DNA from: Pseudomonadota bacterium
Lineage (GTDB): Bacteria > Pseudomonadota > Gammaproteobacteria > JAKBBU01
DNA length: 59,509 bases
Direction of reading: 5' to 3'
Assembly: GCA_021808365.1 (NCBI GenBank)
Contig: JAKBBU010000005.1
Location: forward strand, 1-59,509
A program made the translations under genes and the position numbers. Positions 9,241-16,620 of this stretch are shown here, in pieces. Positions within the stretch are counted from its first letter, which is position 1. Each line of letters opens with the position of its first letter. The notes under the pieces were generated by a model. The model was not told the DNA's origin. It made no database searches and saw only the letters and a program-made list of their open reading frames with translations.

Positions 9241-11376
9241 CTATATAATTGAACCGAATGAGTATTTAGGCATAGCTGAGAAATTTTCCTTTAAAAAAAT
9301 AGAATTTGAATAAGCATTGTTTAATTGCTGGAAATAAGCTGATTTTACAATTTCTTTAAATTCTGGAAATTCTTTTAGATTTTTTGATTGACGAGTGTTG
9401 TGTAAAATATTTTTAATTTTAGTAACAGGATGTTCTTCTCTGAAAAGATTGGGAGAGTACCTAACTTCGTACAGTTTAAGTTCGTCTATAAAATCATTAT
9501 AAGTTAGCCTATCAAGAAGAAGTATTTTTGAAAACAAATCTAAAAGTTTAAAATCATCACCTTTTTCAGTGCTTACTAATAATTTAACAGCCTCAACTTT
9601 ATTGTTTTCTATCGCAACTGCAAGAGGTGTTTTTTCTTGAAAATCTTTTTTGTGAATGTCGGCTCCTTTTGCAATCAAGTATCTGGCAAGCTCAAGATGC
9701 CCTTGTCGAACAGCAAGTAATAAGGGTGTTTCCCCATTTTTATTTTGTTTGTCAATAAGGCTAATATCTTGTTCAATGAAGTATTGAGCAATATGCAGTT
9801 GTCCACTTTGTGAGGCGACAAAAAGAGGTGTTGATTGCTCATCATTTAACGCATTGAGAGATGCACCTTGCTCAATCAAATATTTAACAACATTTAAATG
9901 ACCTTTTTCTATCGCAGAATAAAGAGGTGTTTTTCCATCAACAGCAATGTTTATAAGAGCTCCTTTTTGAACAAGGTACTTTAAAAGCTCTAAGTGACCA
10001 GAGGCTGCGGCGGACCAGAGTGGTGTTACGTTACCTGCTGTAAGAGCATTAAATATCGCTCCCTTTTCAACAAGATATTTGACAATATCGAAGTGACCAT
10101 TTTGTGCTGCCAAATGAAGAGCTGTCCAACCTCTATTGTCTTGTTCGTTTATTGAGGCACCTTGCCCAATCAGATGAATTACTTCATTGAAGTGGCCAAA
10201 CATTGCGGCAATAAGGAGTTGTGTTGCACCAAAAGTATCTTTTTGGTTAGCATGACGATCACTATCTTTTTGAATTTCATCGATGGTTGACTTCCAATCA
10301 GTCATAAAATTATTTACAAGTTCTTTCGAATCATGAAAACATGAAATGGTTGTTGAGAACGAAATAAATCCGTTCGATCCAAAGGATTCTAAAATAGCCG
10401 CTGCAATATTGTCGATTCCTCTTGTTAACGCATGAATTTTGTGACTATTAAAAAGATACAAGTCATTTGAACACGGGTCATACCAAACTAAAACGGCATG
10501 ATTGATGTTTCTTAATTTAAGGCAGATAATTTGATCTTTATTGATGGACTTATTATGGGTGTTGAGTTTATTAAGTTCATTAAGAACTTTACTAAAGTCG
10601 TTTGGGTCATTATTTGAATCATCGGAGTTATCCAATAGATCATCAGAGTCATCAAACGGATCATCAGAGTCATCAAATGGATCATCGGAATTACCAAATG
10701 GATCATCGGAATTCTCAGACAGCTCATTAGGGTTGTCAGATGGATCATTGGGATCCTCAATCACACAAAATGAATCAAGTAAATTGGGTATGGCGGACTG
10801 GGCTAGCTGTTTATTTTTTATGTTTTTTTCAATACTTTCTTGAAAAGAAGAAAGATATTTTTTTAAATTTCCCTCGGTATAAAGACCCGAAAAAGAATAG
10901 TCCAAATCAACAGGAGGATTTTCTTCTAGTTGTTTAGGCAGGGTCAATCTTGCAGCTTGGATAGGATCTTGGGGCGCAACATTTGTCTCAATAAGGAATT
11001 GAACCGCATCGGTTGATTGGTATATTTTTACAGCATTAAAAAATGCGGGAAGTTCTGAAGCAATAAAAATAAAACATTCTTCAAGATTTAAAGGTTCTTG
11101 AGATTTAAATTTTTCTAAAATCTCATCAATTCTAGTTTTTTGAGTTAAAGGGTTTTTTTTGTAAACCTTATCAAAATAGGGCAGAATGATTTCTGGTAAA
11201 TTGCTGATTAAAAAATTAATTCTAAAAAGAAATAAATGCGGTTCAAAGCAAAAGATTGCTTTTTCTAAAATATTGGTGAGTGCTTCACAAATTCCAACTT
11301 TCGCTTCATTGCTGAGAATATTCAGAGCAATACCATGGTTAACAACTAGATCATGAGCTTTTACGGGATTAGTCAT
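9241..11376 (-). CDS. Ankyrin-repeat protein, candidate secreted effector
   Basis: About 7 ankyrin repeats (GWTALHLAAQNGH, TPLWSAAASGH, GETPLLLAVRQGH); AT-rich; start at MTNPVK is a guess. Confidence 0.85.
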   Translation of the reverse strand: MTNPVKAHDLVVNHGIALNILSNEAKVGICEALTNILEKAIFCFEPHLFLFRINFLISNLPEIILPYFDKVYKKNPLTQKTRIDEILEKFKSQEPLNLEECFIFIASELPAFFNAVKIYQSTDAVQFLIETNVAPQDPIQAARLTLPKQLEENPPVDLDYSFSGLYTEGNLKKYLSSFQESIEKNIKNKQLAQSAIPNLLDSFCVIEDPNDPSDNPNELSENSDDPFGNSDDPFDDSDDPFDDSDDLLDNSDDSNNDPNDFSKVLNELNKLNTHNKSINKDQIICLKLRNINHAVLVWYDPCSNDLYLFNSHKIHALTRGIDNIAAAILESFGSNGFISFSTTISCFHDSKELVNNFMTDWKSTIDEIQKDSDRHANQKDTFGATQLLIAAMFGHFNEVIHLIGQGASINEQDNRGWTALHLAAQNGHFDIVKYLVEKGAIFNALTAGNVTPLWSAAASGHLELLKYLVQKGALINIAVDGKTPLYSAIEKGHLNVVKYLIEQGASLNALNDEQSTPLFVASQSGQLHIAQYFIEQDISLIDKQNKNGETPLLLAVRQGHLELARYLIAKGADIHKKDFQEKTPLAVAIENNKVEAVKLLVSTEKGDDFKLLDLFSKILLLDRLTYNDFIDELKLYEVRYSPNLFREEHPVTKIKNILHNTRQSKNLKEFPEFKEIVKSAYFQQLNNAYSNSIFLKENFSAMPKYSFGSII
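10596..10760. repeat. Degenerate 21-nt tandem repeat encoding acidic heptads (SDDPFDD)
   Basis: About 8 degenerate units such as GATCATCAGAGTCATCAAACG. Confidence 0.85.
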
Positions 11377-11435
11377 TTTTTTCTTCTCTAATTGAATTAA
11401 TGTTTTTATTTGAAATTGTTCAAAGAACAAGGAAC

Positions 11436-11468
11436 ATCATACCATCCAAACATTAAGAAGACATTAAG
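11436..11468 (-). promoter_or_regulatory. PmrA-like box and -10 element upstream of the ankyrin gene
   Basis: Minus strand reads CTTAA-TGTCTT-CTTAA-N11-TATGAT. Confidence 0.6.
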
Positions 11469-11517
11469 AATTGATCATTTTTTGCTTCTTATTGAATTTG
11501 TAAATAATTTTTTATCG

Positions 11518-11605
11518 CATTTCTCACATTCATCAAACAGTAAAGGATTGCCAATGCATGTTGTGGCATTGGCAATCCTTTACTGTTTGATGAATGTGAG
11601 AAATG
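11518..11605. repeat. Perfect inverted repeat, 40-bp arms with 8-nt loop ATGTTGTG
   Basis: 11518-11557 is the exact reverse complement of 11566-11605. Confidence 0.95.
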
Positions 11606-11617
11606 GAATAACATGAT

Positions 11618-11645
11618 CCACAACACCCTTTTCAGGGTGTTGTGG
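11618..11645 (-). terminator. 12-bp stem-loop after ORF 11681-12604, possible terminator
   Basis: CCACAACACCCT-TTTC-AGGGTGTTGTGG; no clear U-tract. Confidence 0.45.
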
Positions 11646-11680
11646 GTTGGATGAATTGTTTCTTTTGAAAGGCAAGAATT

Positions 11681-12604
11681 TTACCCGCCTGCCTGTGAGA
11701 AACCTCTAAGTTTGTCAGCAGAGATTTCAGCGCGAGTGTTATCAACTTGGGTGGCCTGATTAAATAAACTTATGCCTTTTTGCATCAATGCGGTACTGGC
11801 AATACTCAAAGGTGTAGATACAACTGTCCCTATAATCGTGCCAACTCCTCCGGTGGGTATCGTTGATACAAGGCCAGCTAGCCCAATGATCCCACTCAGA
11901 ACAACACCTGCAAGGCCAACTAATGCTATTGTTCCACCAAGTAATTTTTCAAAAGATGGACCGTGTAGCGCATTAACGGATGCTATGTAAGCTGTTTTTG
12001 CCTCTTCGCTTTTTTCACGAACCAAGGTTTCAGTGACATTTAAATGTGCGACAACGTCATTTTTTTTATTTGGCGAATCTTTCACTAATTTTTGTGCTGT
12101 GTCTATGACTTTAACAGACTGTTCGATCATGGTTAAGCCGCTTGCACCGTTGCCTGCTTCTTGGAAAGATGTTCTTAGCAATCTATATTGTGCCTCGATT
12201 AGAGGGTCTATTTTTTGCTTTTTAATTTCAGCAATAGCACCTTGGACATAAATTTCTAATAAGGGTTGAGTATCCATATGGCCCGCAACCAGGGCTGTTT
12301 GAGTAAAGTACTGAGTCAATTCATTTTGGCTAAGATCGCGATTGCTCAAAAGTGCATCAAGTAAAAGATTAATTACCCCTTCCTGATGAGAGGCGATCTT
12401 AGAAAGATCCCGATCAATTTGTTCGCTATTCTGTTCAGCAACTGCTGATCTTAAGTTAGTGTCTGCCTCGAACCAGTGTTTCACTTTGTCGTCAGAATAA
12501 CGATTTTTTTTAAGTTCTTTCTCAATTTGTTTAAGTTGTTCCGGGCTGCGTGGCGTGGAAAATTTAGCTTTTAAATTTTGAATATTGTCTTGAAATGTTG
12601 GCAT
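11681..12604 (-). CDS. Hypothetical protein, coiled coil plus C-terminal Gly-rich hydrophobic segment; candidate effector
   Basis: 307-aa ORF with good RBS (AGAGG); no recognised family. Confidence 0.7.
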   Translation of the reverse strand: MPTFQDNIQNLKAKFSTPRSPEQLKQIEKELKKNRYSDDKVKHWFEADTNLRSAVAEQNSEQIDRDLSKIASHQEGVINLLLDALLSNRDLSQNELTQYFTQTALVAGHMDTQPLLEIYVQGAIAEIKKQKIDPLIEAQYRLLRTSFQEAGNGASGLTMIEQSVKVIDTAQKLVKDSPNKKNDVVAHLNVTETLVREKSEEAKTAYIASVNALHGPSFEKLLGGTIALVGLAGVVLSGIIGLAGLVSTIPTGGVGTIIGTVVSTPLSIASTALMQKGISLFNQATQVDNTRAEISADKLRGFSQAGG

Positions 12605-12675
12605 GATAACCTCTCTCTTTGTTAGACCGCCTTGCGGTTAGTGTTGTTCTTGGTAACTTTTGTTACTATGGGGAT

Positions 12676-12708
12676 ATCATACCTGGGCCGCCTTAAGATA
12701 ATATGAAA
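12676..12708 (-). promoter_or_regulatory. Partial PmrA-like box and -10 element
   Basis: Minus strand reads TTTCA-TATTAT-CTTAA-N11-TATGAT, the same geometry as 11436-11468. Confidence 0.4.
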
Positions 12709-12722
12709 ACATAGGATCCCTC

Positions 12723-12751
12723 TTGACAGCCTCTCATTCTCTCGCGACAAT
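12723..12751 (+). promoter_or_regulatory. Sigma70 promoter of tRNA-Gln/prs
   Basis: TTGACA-17-GACAAT followed by a GC-rich discriminator. Confidence 0.65.
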
Positions 12752-12764
12752 AGCGCCTCTTCCT

Positions 12765-12839
12765 TGGGGTGTCGCCAAGCGGTAAGGCACGGGGTTTTGA
12801 TCCCCGCATACCTAGGTTCGAATCCTAGCACCCCAGCCA
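12765..12839 (+). tRNA. tRNA-Gln (TTG)
   Basis: TGGGGTG...CACCCCA acceptor stem, CGGGG-TTTTGAT-CCCCG anticodon arm, GGTTCGAATCC, encoded CCA. Confidence 0.98.
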
Positions 12840-12988
12840 TACTCTTTGCGCTTGAATGCGGGGCGTTGCTGAAAGCTCGTTCGTCTTTGGTCATGTATGT
12901 TTATACGCTCCCTTGACTTACTCGCTTTCGCCTAGCCCAACATCCAATTGCTGTGAGTATAACTCACCATAAATTAAGGGTTTTTCCT

Positions 12989-13936
12989 GTGACCATGATG
13001 CTATTTTGCGGCAATGCCGTTCCCATTCTTGCAGAAAAAATTGCCCACTACTTAGGTCTCGAACTTGGAAAAGCCACCGTCAGTCGCTTCAGCGACGGCG
13101 AAATCATGGTTGAAATCCTTGAAAACGTTCGCGGCCGCGAAGTCTTTATCATCCAATCCACCTGTGCGCCTGCTAATGATAACCTCATGGAATTGATCAT
13201 CATGGCCGATGCACTTCGCCGAGCTTCTGCTAAGCGGATCACCGCCGTCATGCCCTACTTTGGGTATGCCCGTCAAGATCGTCGCGTTCGCTCCGCACGT
13301 GTGCCTATTACGGCAAAAGTTGTGGCCGACATGATGACCAAGGTCGGTGTTTCCCGATTACTCACGGTTGACTTACACGCCGATCAAATCCAAGGCTTTT
13401 TCTATATTCCCGTGGACAATGTCTACGCCACACCGGTTATGCTCAAAGATATTCTTTCTCGTCAATATCCAAACCCGATGGTCGTTTCACCCGATGTGGG
13501 CGGGGTAGTTCGGGCTCGCGCCATGGCAAAACGATTGAACGACTCTGATCTCGCCATTATCGACAAACGTCGCTTGAAGCCTAATCAATCTGAAGTGATG
13601 CACTTGATTGGTGATGTTACCGGTCGCAATTGCCTCCTTATCGACGATATGATCGACACAGCAGGGACATTGTGCATTGCGGCCGATGTCTTAAAGAAAA
13701 ATGGTGCAGCGACGGTTTCTGCTTATTGTACGCATCCCATCCTTTCTGGCCAGGCAGTTCAGCGGATCCAAGATTCAATGGTCGATGAACTGGTGGTTAC
13801 CGATACGATCCCTCTTTCTGATGCTGCACAGGCTTGCCCGAAAATTCGTTTACTGAGTTTAGCGCCCATGTTGGCGGAAACCATTCAGCGGATTGATGAT
13901 GAAGAATCGGTCAGTTCGATGTTCGTTGAGGATTGA
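12989..13936 (+). CDS. prs: Ribose-phosphate pyrophosphokinase
   Basis: [36 protein letters not shown]. Confidence 0.97.
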   Translation: MTMMLFCGNAVPILAEKIAHYLGLELGKATVSRFSDGEIMVEILENVRGREVFIIQSTCAPANDNLMELIIMADALRRASAKRITAVMPYFGYARQDRRVRSARVPITAKVVADMMTKVGVSRLLTVDLHADQIQGFFYIPVDNVYATPVMLKDILSRQYPNPMVVSPDVGGVVRARAMAKRLNDSDLAIIDKRRLKPNQSEVMHLIGDVTGRNCLLIDDMIDTAGTLCIAADVLKKNGAATVSAYCTHPILSGQAVQRIQDSMVDELVVTDTIPLSDAAQACPKIRLLSLAPMLAETIQRIDDEESVSSMFVED

Positions 13937-14081
13937 AGGCTTCTTCATTTCCACGTATACTCTCGCGCTTAGCCCTGCGGGTCGCACGCAAGGGTCTGTT
14001 TACGTTTGCTTACCTGAAGCGAATTTTGCAGCCAGGAGAGCAAACGTAAACAGACCCTGGGCCATTCCTTTGGAGAAAATT
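13933..14081 (+). promoter_or_regulatory. rplY promoter and structured leader (L25-leader-like GGTCGC hairpin plus a 20-bp perfect stem)
   Basis: TTGAAG-17-TATACT; CCTGCGGGTCGCACGCAAGG; arms 13991-14010 and 14039-14058. Confidence 0.55.
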
Positions 14082-14768
14082 ATGTCAGTTGTTAGTTTCG
14101 AAATTAAAGCCGAACCTCGGCAGGTCGTAGGGAAGGGTGCGAGCCGCCGCCTTCGCCGCCTGGATAATCAAGTTCCGGCCATCCTTTATGGTGCGGGCAA
14201 GGAACCCGTCATGCTCATGCTTAATCACTTTGAGGTGAGCAAAGCCCTAAGCCATGAAGCATTTTATTCTCACATTTTGACGCTGCATATCGGTGGGGCA
14301 TCAGAAAAAGTGGTGTTAAAAGCGCTGCAACGTCATCCTTTCAAACCTCGCATTATGCACATGGATTTCATGCGCGTAGATGCACAAACCAAACTTCGCC
14401 GACAAGTTCCCCTGCATTTTGTAGGCCAAGAACAAGCGCCAGGCGTGGTTGCAGACCATGGTGTGATTACGCATTATATCAGTGATATTGAAATTAGCTG
14501 CCTACCTGCGGATCTGCCTGAGTTCATCACCGTTGATCTATCAACCTTAGAACTCAATGATGTTGTTCATCTCTCGGGATTAAAATTACCTAAGGGTGTT
14601 GAGCTACCTTCGGCACCCAAGGCAGGCTCCGATCAAGATCATCCTGTGGCAAGTCTTCATTTGCCAAAGGTTGTGGTTGAGGAAGAAATTCCAACAGCTG
14701 CACCAGTTGCGGCTGAAGTTCCAACGATTTCTACAACTGAAGCAGAAGCTGAGGATAAGAAACCGTAA
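14082..14768 (+). CDS. rplY: 50S ribosomal protein L25/Ctc
   Basis: GKGASRRLRR, PAILYG, QRHPFKPRIMHMDF; RBS GGAG. Confidence 0.97.
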   Translation: MSVVSFEIKAEPRQVVGKGASRRLRRLDNQVPAILYGAGKEPVMLMLNHFEVSKALSHEAFYSHILTLHIGGASEKVVLKALQRHPFKPRIMHMDFMRVDAQTKLRRQVPLHFVGQEQAPGVVADHGVITHYISDIEISCLPADLPEFITVDLSTLELNDVVHLSGLKLPKGVELPSAPKAGSDQDHPVASLHLPKVVVEEEIPTAAPVAAEVPTISTTEAEAEDKKP

Positions 14769-14770
14769 AA

Positions 14771-14837
14771 GATGGTTAAGTTAAGAGAACGTTCAAGGTT
14801 GGCAAACAGCGCGAATGCGCGTTGGACGTTCCTTTAA
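14771..14837. repeat. Small imperfect hairpin element, with a second partial copy at 58620-58665
   Basis: 25/26 identity between 14771-14796 and 58620-58645; both followed by GTTGGACG. Confidence 0.7.
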
Positions 14838-14857
14838 AAAGGCGAAATGGTGACGAG

Positions 14858-15436
14858 ATGATCGAGTTAGTGGTTGGTCTCGCTAATCCGATACCTGAAT
14901 ACGAAAAAACGCGACACAATGCAGGCGCTTGGTTTGTCCAAGCGCTAGCCGAACAATGTAGAAGTACATTGACCCTGGAAAAACGATTCCATGGTCTGTG
15001 TGCACAGGCCAAGATCGGTGATCATCTGGTTCGCCTTCTTATTCCAAACACGTACATGAATTTAAGTGGACGGGCCGTCAAAGCCGTTTCCCATTTTTAT
15101 CGTATTCCAACAGAATCTATTTTAATCGTCCACGATGAATTGGATCTACCCCCTGGCATTGTGCGTTTAAAACAAGGTGGTGGCACGGGTGGGCACAATG
15201 GTTTGAAAGATACGCAAGCGTGTTTGGGCACTGCTAATTTCACTCGTTTACGCATTGGGATTGGGCATCCAGGTCAGGCTTCGGATGTGGTTAATTATGT
15301 CCTTCATCCACCAAGCCGCGATGATCGCGAAAAAATTGACGCGGCGATCGCGCAAGCTATTGCTGTTTTACCAACTCTTATCCAGGGTGATATGAGTAGG
15401 GCAATGCAGGATCTACATTCATGTAGGTTGGGGTAG
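14858..15436 (+). CDS. pth: Peptidyl-tRNA hydrolase
   Basis: TRHNAG, TYMNLSG, HDELDL, GGHNGL, RLRIGIGHP. Confidence 0.97.
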   Translation: MIELVVGLANPIPEYEKTRHNAGAWFVQALAEQCRSTLTLEKRFHGLCAQAKIGDHLVRLLIPNTYMNLSGRAVKAVSHFYRIPTESILIVHDELDLPPGIVRLKQGGGTGGHNGLKDTQACLGTANFTRLRIGIGHPGQASDVVNYVLHPPSRDDREKIDAAIAQAIAVLPTLIQGDMSRAMQDLHSCRLG

Positions 15437-15470
15437 TTGGGTTACGCGAGTACGCTAATCCAACCTACAT
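15421..15470. repeat. GTAG-type REP-like element overlapping the pth stop
   Basis: Minus strand GTAGGTTGGATTAGCGTACTCGCGTAACCCAAC; family members at 26112 and 32107. Confidence 0.75.
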
Positions 15471-15503
15471 TAACCTACACAATTTATAAATGAAGGAAAA
15501 AAC

Positions 15504-16598
15504 ATGGGTTTTAATTGCGGCATCGTCGGGTTACCTAATGTCGGTAAATCAACACTCTTTAATGCACTTATGCGTGAACAAGCGGCAGCAGCCGCGAATT
15601 ATCCTTTTTGTACCATCGACCCCAATGTCGGTATTGTGCCTATGCCTGATCCCCGCCTTGAGGCAATTGCTGCGCTCGTTCATCCTGAACGCATTCTTCC
15701 CACGACCATGGAATTTGTCGACATTGCGGGTCTTGTGGCTGGAGCCGCGAGTGGTGAAGGGCTGGGCAATAAATTTTTATCGCATATTCGTGAAACTCAT
15801 GCGATTGCACAAGTGGTTCGTTGTTTTGAAAACTCAGATATTATCCATGTTGCTGGCAATGTAAATCCTCTTAGGGACATTGAAACCATTGGAACAGAAT
15901 TAGCCTTGGCGGATTTGGATACACTGGAAAAAGCCTTATTACGCGCACAAAAAGCGAGTAGGGCGGGCGATAAAGCGGCAATTAAAGAAAAAGAATTATT
16001 GGAACGAGTGAAGGTGACGCTCGATGCTGCCAAGCCCATTCGCAGTATGAATTTAAGTGAAGAAGAAATTAATCTCTTAAAACCCTACTGTTTTTTAACA
16101 CTCAAACCTACTTTATATATTGCCAATGTCGACGAACAGGGTTTTGAAAATAATCCTTTCTTGACGCAAGTTGAAGAAATTGCAGTCGCTGAAGGTGCCA
16201 TTGTTGTCCCAGTGTGTGCGGCCATTGAATCAGAAATTGTTCAATTAGCGGAGGAGGAACGTGCTGAGTTTCTCAAAGAATTAGGGTTAACGGAATCTGG
16301 TTTGGATCGAGTGATCCATGCGGGTTATCGTCTTTTGGGATTACAGACGTATTTTACAGCTGGTGTGAAGGAAGTCAGGGCCTGGACAATTCCCATCGGT
16401 GCAAAGGCACCACAGGCTGCCGGTGTGATTCATACGGATTTTGAAAAAGGGTTTATTCGTGCTGAAGTCATTAGCTATGATGATTTTATTCAGTTTAAAG
16501 GGGAACAAGGCGCCAAGGATGCGGGAAAATGGCGCCTGGAAGGAAAAGATTATGTGATGCACGATGGGGACGTCGTGCATTTTCGGTTTAATGTGTAG
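15504..16598 (+). CDS. ychF: Redox-regulated ATPase YchF
   Basis: [42 protein letters not shown]. Confidence 0.98.
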   Translation: MGFNCGIVGLPNVGKSTLFNALMREQAAAAANYPFCTIDPNVGIVPMPDPRLEAIAALVHPERILPTTMEFVDIAGLVAGAASGEGLGNKFLSHIRETHAIAQVVRCFENSDIIHVAGNVNPLRDIETIGTELALADLDTLEKALLRAQKASRAGDKAAIKEKELLERVKVTLDAAKPIRSMNLSEEEINLLKPYCFLTLKPTLYIANVDEQGFENNPFLTQVEEIAVAEGAIVVPVCAAIESEIVQLAEEERAEFLKELGLTESGLDRVIHAGYRLLGLQTYFTAGVKEVRAWTIPIGAKAPQAAGVIHTDFEKGFIRAEVISYDDFIQFKGEQGAKDAGKWRLEGKDYVMHDGDVVHFRFNV

Positions 16599-16620
16599 TG
16601 CTTCCCTATAAAGATCGAAA

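Noticed and set aside
10596-10760. Periodic repeat considered as a CRISPR array
   Set aside because: The 21-nt units are contiguous and in-frame with no spacers, and there are no cas genes in the window.
11554-11616. Hydrophobic mini-ORF MHVVALAILYCLMNVRNGIT in the hairpin, a possible type I toxin
   Set aside because: The ATG is ATA in the other copy, the stop is not conserved and there is no clear RBS.
12765-12839. tRNA as an integration site for the neighbouring orphan genes
   Set aside because: The orphans lie on the 5' side, and I found no integrase or duplicated tRNA 3' end.
12622-12894. 90-aa minus-strand ORF
   Set aside because: It is an antisense shadow of tRNA-Gln.
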